This document shows, one piece after another, positions 58,161-64,000 of a stretch of 64,000 nt of DNA (position 1 is the stretch's first letter; every line of letters begins with the position of its first letter). Both the position numbers and the translations under genes were made by a program. This DNA is from an uncultured delta proteobacterium. Its GTDB lineage: Bacteria; Desulfobacterota; Binatia; Binatales; Binataceae. Below the pieces are notes generated by a model. The model was not told the DNA's origin. It did no database searches and was given only the letters and a program-made list of their open reading frames with translations. The stretch is taken from positions 352,001 through 416,000 of the forward strand of contig CAVQEQ010000004.1 of the NCBI GenBank assembly GCA_963711565.1, read 5' to 3'.

Positions 58161-58517
58161 ATGCCACAGAGTACTCCAAAGGCGGCCATTCTGCTTGAAG
58201 CCGCGGTCAAATACCTGGAAACCGAGTTGATGCCGACGCTCGACGGCTACCATCGCTTCCAGACCCGCGTCACCGTCAACGTACTCAACACCGTGCGCCG
58301 TGAACTGGAACTGCGCGGCACGCAGGCCGAGGCCGAGCGCGCGCGGCTCGTTGCGATGCTCGGTCACGACGGCGACGTCGAGGCGCTAAGCGTCGAGCTG
58401 GCCGAGAAGATTCGTGCGGGAGAAATCGCGATCGACGATCCCGCGCTGCGAGCCCACGTCCGCCAAGCGCTGGCCGACGCGCTCGCGATCAACAACCCCA
58501 AATGGATGACCCGCTGA
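58161..58517 (+). CDS. DUF6285-like small protein (LvaB-like)
   Basis: LLEAAVKYL...FQTRVTVNVLNTVRREL...LAINNPKW. Confidence 0.8.
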   Translation: MPQSTPKAAILLEAAVKYLETELMPTLDGYHRFQTRVTVNVLNTVRRELELRGTQAEAERARLVAMLGHDGDVEALSVELAEKIRAGEIAIDDPALRAHVRQALADALAINNPKWMTR

Positions 58518-58972
58518 TGGCTGCCCAGCTCGAGCCCGAATTCGTATCTGCCGACGGCTGGCCGCGCGATCTGCAAGCCTTCGCGATGGCTTCGCTGTTT
58601 TGGGGCGGATTCCTGCTCGTGCGTGCGATCTTCGTCCTGCGCGCCGGCGCTCCGACAGTTCCCTTCGAGGATGTGTTTCTAGGCGTGAAGTTCTACGCCG
58701 ACCACGCTCGCGTGACGATGGCTCTGCAAGCCATCATCTTCATTGCGTTCGCAATCGGCATCCTCATACATCACCGCTGGGGACTGATCCTGGCACTGCT
58801 CTACATGGCGCAAGTCATCGCCGGCCACGTGATATTCATCACCTCGAACTTCGGCGTCGAGTCGCAACGCGTCCACGTAAAAATCGCGTCGATCGAGAGT
58901 CCCATCGTGCTGTTAATTGCGATCTATATCTGGTACCGCGCCCGCCCGCTCCTGCGCGAGCCGTCTGTCTGA
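58517..58972 (+). CDS. membrane protein of unknown function (about 4 TM)
   Basis: TGATG stop/start overlap with the previous gene, four hydrophobic segments. Confidence 0.75.
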   Translation: MAAQLEPEFVSADGWPRDLQAFAMASLFWGGFLLVRAIFVLRAGAPTVPFEDVFLGVKFYADHARVTMALQAIIFIAFAIGILIHHRWGLILALLYMAQVIAGHVIFITSNFGVESQRVHVKIASIESPIVLLIAIYIWYRARPLLREPSV

Positions 58973-58990
58973 TCACGCCCGGGTGCCTAT

Positions 58991-59578
58991 TCACTCTCGC
59001 TGAGCAGCCTTTCGGACGCGAAGTCTCTTTCGAATGCGCCTGTTTGCTTCCTCCAGCGAGAAATCTTCGGGATCGAAATGTCCGATCCATTCTTTCATAT
59101 CTGTATGCTGTTCGTGATTCGGGTCGCTAAGGGCCTCGAGAAATTCCTCATACGCAAAGATGCCGCCCACATCCTCCGGCGGCGAATTGCGTTCACCGCC
59201 TATGCAGTGCGCGCGGATATCGTCGGCATCGGCCTGCGACACTTCCTCAAGCTTCAGCAGGTGCAGCCACTCGTCGCCGAAATCGTACGTATACTCAATT
59301 CGATGACGGGTAGAGAGATTCAGGTCGCGCAGGCGGACGCGCCGGTCGTCAATGAATTGATGCTCTCCATCAGGATCGGGAATACCGTACACGCAGCCCG
59401 CGACCTTGAAGTCATGCAAGTGATAGTCCTCCCAGCCCATGACGGCCTGAATGACACGATGGAGCTGCGCCAACGTGAAATCAGCGGGTACGAGGATCCT
59501 TCGCCAAATGGGCGGTTTGATGCCGTCAAGGGAAAGGAGGAATTGAAAGACTTGTCTTGTGGAATTGGTCGTGGTCAT
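58991..59578 (-). CDS. plasmid pRiA4b ORF-3 family protein
   Basis: PPIWRRILVP, LHRVIQAVMGWEDYHLH, YTYDFGDEW, PPEDVGG. Confidence 0.9.
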   Translation of the reverse strand: MTTTNSTRQVFQFLLSLDGIKPPIWRRILVPADFTLAQLHRVIQAVMGWEDYHLHDFKVAGCVYGIPDPDGEHQFIDDRRVRLRDLNLSTRHRIEYTYDFGDEWLHLLKLEEVSQADADDIRAHCIGGERNSPPEDVGGIFAYEEFLEALSDPNHEQHTDMKEWIGHFDPEDFSLEEANRRIRKRLRVRKAAQRE

Positions 59579-59648
59579 TGCTGCATCACCATCGTCCTAC
59601 AACCGTCCCAGCACTTTTGTCGATCAGATAGATGATCCCTGATTCAGT

Positions 59649-59723
59649 TGGTGGGCGGTGCAGGTTTCGAACCTGCGACCCCCGGCTTGTAAGGCCGATG
59701 CTCTACCACTGAGCTAACCGCCC
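59649..59723 (-). tRNA. tRNA-Val(TAC)
   Basis: Reverse complement GGGCGGTTAGCTCAGTGGTAGAGCATCGGCCTTACAAGCCGGGGGTCGCAGGTTCGAAACCTGCACCGCCCACCA. Confidence 0.96.
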
Positions 59724-59740
59724 GCGCTCGAAATGTTAGC

Positions 59741-59784
59741 AAAAAAAGACGGCCGCGTGTGTCATCGACACATGGGCCGTTTTT
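59741..59784 (-). terminator. intrinsic terminator after hup (possibly bidirectional)
   Basis: A7-GACGGCC..GTGT..ACAC..GGCCGT-TTTT. Confidence 0.7.
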
Positions 59785-59825
59785 CTTCTTCAGTGAATTG
59801 GATCGATCGCCGCGATCGCGTTCTG

Positions 59826-60143
59826 TTACGAACTTGTCGGTGGTGATGACGCCGGCGCAGCGCCGACGCCTTCATTCAGCGAGTCCTTCAATTGCTTGCC
59901 CGGCTTGAACTTCGCCGACCGGCTCGCCGCTATTTCGATCGACTCGCCGGTCTTTGGATTGCGCCCGGTGCGCGCCTGCCGTTCCGATACCGAGAACGTT
60001 CCGAAGCCCGAGATGTTCACGCGCTCCCCCTGGCGCAGCGCGGCGATGACGTCGTCGAGCACGATATTAATTGCGCGTTCGGCGTCGGCCTTGTTGAGGG
60101 GAAGCTTGTTCGACAACGCTTCTATAAGTTCAGCCTTCGTCAT
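59826..60143 (-). CDS. hup: HU family DNA-binding protein
   Basis: MTKAELI, GFGTF, RTGRNPKTGE, FKPGKQLK, canonical position after lon. Confidence 0.93.
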   Translation of the reverse strand: MTKAELIEALSNKLPLNKADAERAINIVLDDVIAALRQGERVNISGFGTFSVSERQARTGRNPKTGESIEIAASRSAKFKPGKQLKDSLNEGVGAAPASSPPTSS

Positions 60144-60239
60144 ATGTACCTTCGGCGGTCGTCCCAAATTTCCGCGACCGCATATTTGAGCCGCGCGCTT
60201 CCAGTCCTCCCGGAAGGCGCGGTGTCCCCCGCTCAGAAC

Positions 60240-62717
60240 TTACGACAAGTTCGTCGAAACAGTCGTATCGTCTTCTTCCCCCGGCGGCGGCATCGGCACC
60301 TTCGGTTCCGGCTCGCGCAGGAACGCCATGTCGCTGTCGCCCTTGCCCACCTTGAAGAACGTATCCGGATCGGTCAGCACCAGCGCGTGCTTGAGCACTT
60401 CATCCATATGCTCGATCTGAATCAAGGTGATGCCCTTCATGATCTGCGGCGGGATCTCCTCGATGTCCTTGGCGTTGTCCCGTGGTATCAGGATCGTCTT
60501 GATACCGCCGCGATGCGCCGCGAGCACCTTCTCCTTGAGTCCGCCAATCGGCAGCACCCGTCCGCGCAGCGTGATCTCGCCGGTCATCGCAAGGTCGTTG
60601 CGAATCGGCGAGCGCGTGAGCGCCGAGACCAGCGCCGTCGCCAGCGTGATTCCAGCCGACGGCCCGTCCTTCGGAATCGCGCCTTCGGGAATGTGAATGT
60701 GAATGTCTATGCGATGATAGAAACCGCGATCGAGCCCGAGCACCTCGGCTCGCGAACGCACGTAGGAGAGCGCAGCCTGCGCCGATTCCTGCATCACGTC
60801 GCCGAGCTGGCCGGTGATAGTCAGCTTGCCGCGACCCGGGACGATCGTCACTTCGACGCTGAGTAGCTCGCCGCCAAGCTCCGTCCATGCCAGCCCGGTG
60901 GCGACTCCCACCTGCGGTACGGTCTCGGCCGTGCCGTAACGGAACTTCGGCACGCCGAGGTACTTGCCGAGACTCGAGCTCGAAACCTTGACGTGCGCGT
61001 TGCGATCGGTCTTGACGACTTCGACCGCGACCTTGCGGCAAATCGATGCGAGCTCGCGCTCGAGATTTCTGACGCCGGCTTCGCGCGTGTAATGGCGGAT
61101 GATGCCCTGGATTGCGCCGTCGGAGACCTCGATGTTCTCCGGCCGCAACCCGTTGGCCTCCTGCTGTTTCTTGAGCAGGTACTTTTTCGCGATGTTGAGC
61201 TTCTCCGTTTCCGTGTAGCCGGGAATCCGGATGACTTCCATCCGGTCCTGTAGCGGCCGCGGAATTCGGTCGAGCGTATTCGCCGTCGTGATAAACATCA
61301 CCTTCGACAAATCGTAATCGCAGTCGAGATAGTGATCGTTGAAGGTACAGTTCTGCTCGGGATCGAGAACTTCGAGCAGCGCCGACGACGGATCGCCGCG
61401 GAAATCGGTCGACATCTTGTCCACTTCGTCGAACAGCAGCACGGGGTTGGACGATCCCGCCTTGCGCACCGACTGGATCACTTTGCCGGGCAGCGCGCCG
61501 ATGTAGGTCCGGCGATGTCCGCGGATTTCAGCTTCGTCGCGTACGCCGCCGAGCGACACGCGGACGAATTTGCGACCAGTCGCGCGCGCCACCGACTTGC
61601 CGAGCGACGTCTTGCCGACGCCCGGAGGTCCGACCAGGCATAGGATCGGTCCCTTCATCTGGCCGACCAGCGTCTCGACCGCCAGGTATTCGAGGATGCG
61701 CTGCTTGACCTTGTCCAGCCCGTAGTGATCTTCCTCGAGTATGCGCTCGGCTTCCTTGATGTCGAGCTTGTCCTCGGTGTACTCGAACCACGGCAGCGCG
61801 AGGAACCAGTCGAGGTAGTTGCGCACGACGGTGGCCTCAGCCGACATCGGCGACATCATCTTGAGCTTCTTGATCTCGCGCTCGCACTTCTCGCGCGCCT
61901 CGGCCGGCATCTTTTTCTGCCTGAGCTTCTCTTCCAACTCCTGAATCTCGTTCTTGAATTCGTCCTTCTCGCCGAGCTCCTTCTGAATCGCGCGCATCTG
62001 CTCGTTGAGGTAGTACTCCTTGGACGTCTTCTCCATCTGCTTCTTGACGCGCGAGCGGATGCGTTTTTCGACCTCGAGGATTTCCAGCTCCGAGCGCATA
62101 TAACCGAGAATCTTTTCGAGCCGCTCCGCCGGGTTGGTCGATTCGAGCAACGCCTGCTTGTCTTCGAGCTTGATCCCCAGATGACCGACGAGCTTGTCGG
62201 CCAGGAACGCGGGATCGTCCACCGCCGCGATCGAGGTCACCATCTCGGGCGGAATCTTCTTGTTGAGCCGCGCGTAGTTGTCGAAGGTCGAGACGACCGA
62301 GCGCATCAGAGCTTCGACTTCGGTGCTGCGGTCGTTGACCTCTTCGATCTCCTCGGCCTCGACCTGGAAATATTCCTCGTCGGCGACGTAGCGGATCACG
62401 CGCGCGCGCTTCTTGCCTTCGACCAGCGCCTTGACGGTACCGTCGGGCAGGCGCAGCAACTGCACCACCACGCCGAGTGTCCCGACCGTGTAGAGGTCGC
62501 CGGGCGCGGGCTCTGCGACCTTGGGGTCCTTCTGCGTGACCAGCAGGATCGGCGTCTTCTTCGCCTCGGCGGCTTCCAGAGCCTTAATCGACTTCTGGCG
62601 GCCGACGAAGATTGGATAGACTTCATGTGGGAATACGATCAGTTCGCGCAACGGGAACAGGGGTACGACGTTCGACGTTGCATCGCGATTATCTTTTTTA
62701 TCGTTACGGAAAAGCAT
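60240..62717 (-). CDS. lon: ATP-dependent protease Lon
   Basis: LON N-domain, [28 protein letters not shown]. Confidence 0.97.
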   Translation of the reverse strand: MLFRNDKKDNRDATSNVVPLFPLRELIVFPHEVYPIFVGRQKSIKALEAAEAKKTPILLVTQKDPKVAEPAPGDLYTVGTLGVVVQLLRLPDGTVKALVEGKKRARVIRYVADEEYFQVEAEEIEEVNDRSTEVEALMRSVVSTFDNYARLNKKIPPEMVTSIAAVDDPAFLADKLVGHLGIKLEDKQALLESTNPAERLEKILGYMRSELEILEVEKRIRSRVKKQMEKTSKEYYLNEQMRAIQKELGEKDEFKNEIQELEEKLRQKKMPAEAREKCEREIKKLKMMSPMSAEATVVRNYLDWFLALPWFEYTEDKLDIKEAERILEEDHYGLDKVKQRILEYLAVETLVGQMKGPILCLVGPPGVGKTSLGKSVARATGRKFVRVSLGGVRDEAEIRGHRRTYIGALPGKVIQSVRKAGSSNPVLLFDEVDKMSTDFRGDPSSALLEVLDPEQNCTFNDHYLDCDYDLSKVMFITTANTLDRIPRPLQDRMEVIRIPGYTETEKLNIAKKYLLKKQQEANGLRPENIEVSDGAIQGIIRHYTREAGVRNLERELASICRKVAVEVVKTDRNAHVKVSSSSLGKYLGVPKFRYGTAETVPQVGVATGLAWTELGGELLSVEVTIVPGRGKLTITGQLGDVMQESAQAALSYVRSRAEVLGLDRGFYHRIDIHIHIPEGAIPKDGPSAGITLATALVSALTRSPIRNDLAMTGEITLRGRVLPIGGLKEKVLAAHRGGIKTILIPRDNAKDIEEIPPQIMKGITLIQIEHMDEVLKHALVLTDPDTFFKVGKGDSDMAFLREPEPKVPMPPPGEEDDTTVSTNLS

Positions 62718-62739
62718 CTTCTACTTCGAATCTCCCGGG

Positions 62740-63990
<1,251 letters not shown>

Positions 63991-64000
63991 ACTGCCTCCC

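Noticed and set aside
59649-59723. Prophage or integrative element at tRNA-Val or tRNA-Asp
   Set aside because: No integrase, phage genes or duplicated att sequence was found by eye in the window.

Overview
High-GC bacterial chromosomal window with mostly housekeeping and metabolic genes. The gene mix is consistent with a soil or peat diderm, Candidatus Binatia-like lineage, which is inference only. In order it carries: PBP1B, trmI, an orphan secF preceded by two small zinc-finger genes (one DksA/TraR-like), an isc operon (iscS-U-A-hscB-hscA-iscX, without iscR or fdx), F420/FAD oxidoreductases, a divergent ethylmalonyl-CoA cluster (ccr / MaoC-ACAD-MaoC-mcl), tRNA-Asp-rplM-rpsI, a FecR / beta-barrel / CHASE2-cyclase trio, argC, an RND pump, an RHH-fused acetolactate decarboxylase, secreted propeller proteins, MFS transporters, an lvaCAB-like ACAD/kinase/DUF6285 unit, and tRNA-Val-hup-lon-clpX. 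No CRISPR array, prophage or transposase was found. Intergenic regions hold three families of dispersed palindromic repeats. The best candidates for novelty are the apparently split mesaconyl-CoA hydratase, a covarying two-hairpin dispersed element (5 copies), the structured-leader / Zn-ribbon / DksA-like / secF unit, the RHH-ALDC fusion and the FecR-barrel-cyclase signalling trio. All family assignments come from recalled motifs, not database searches.
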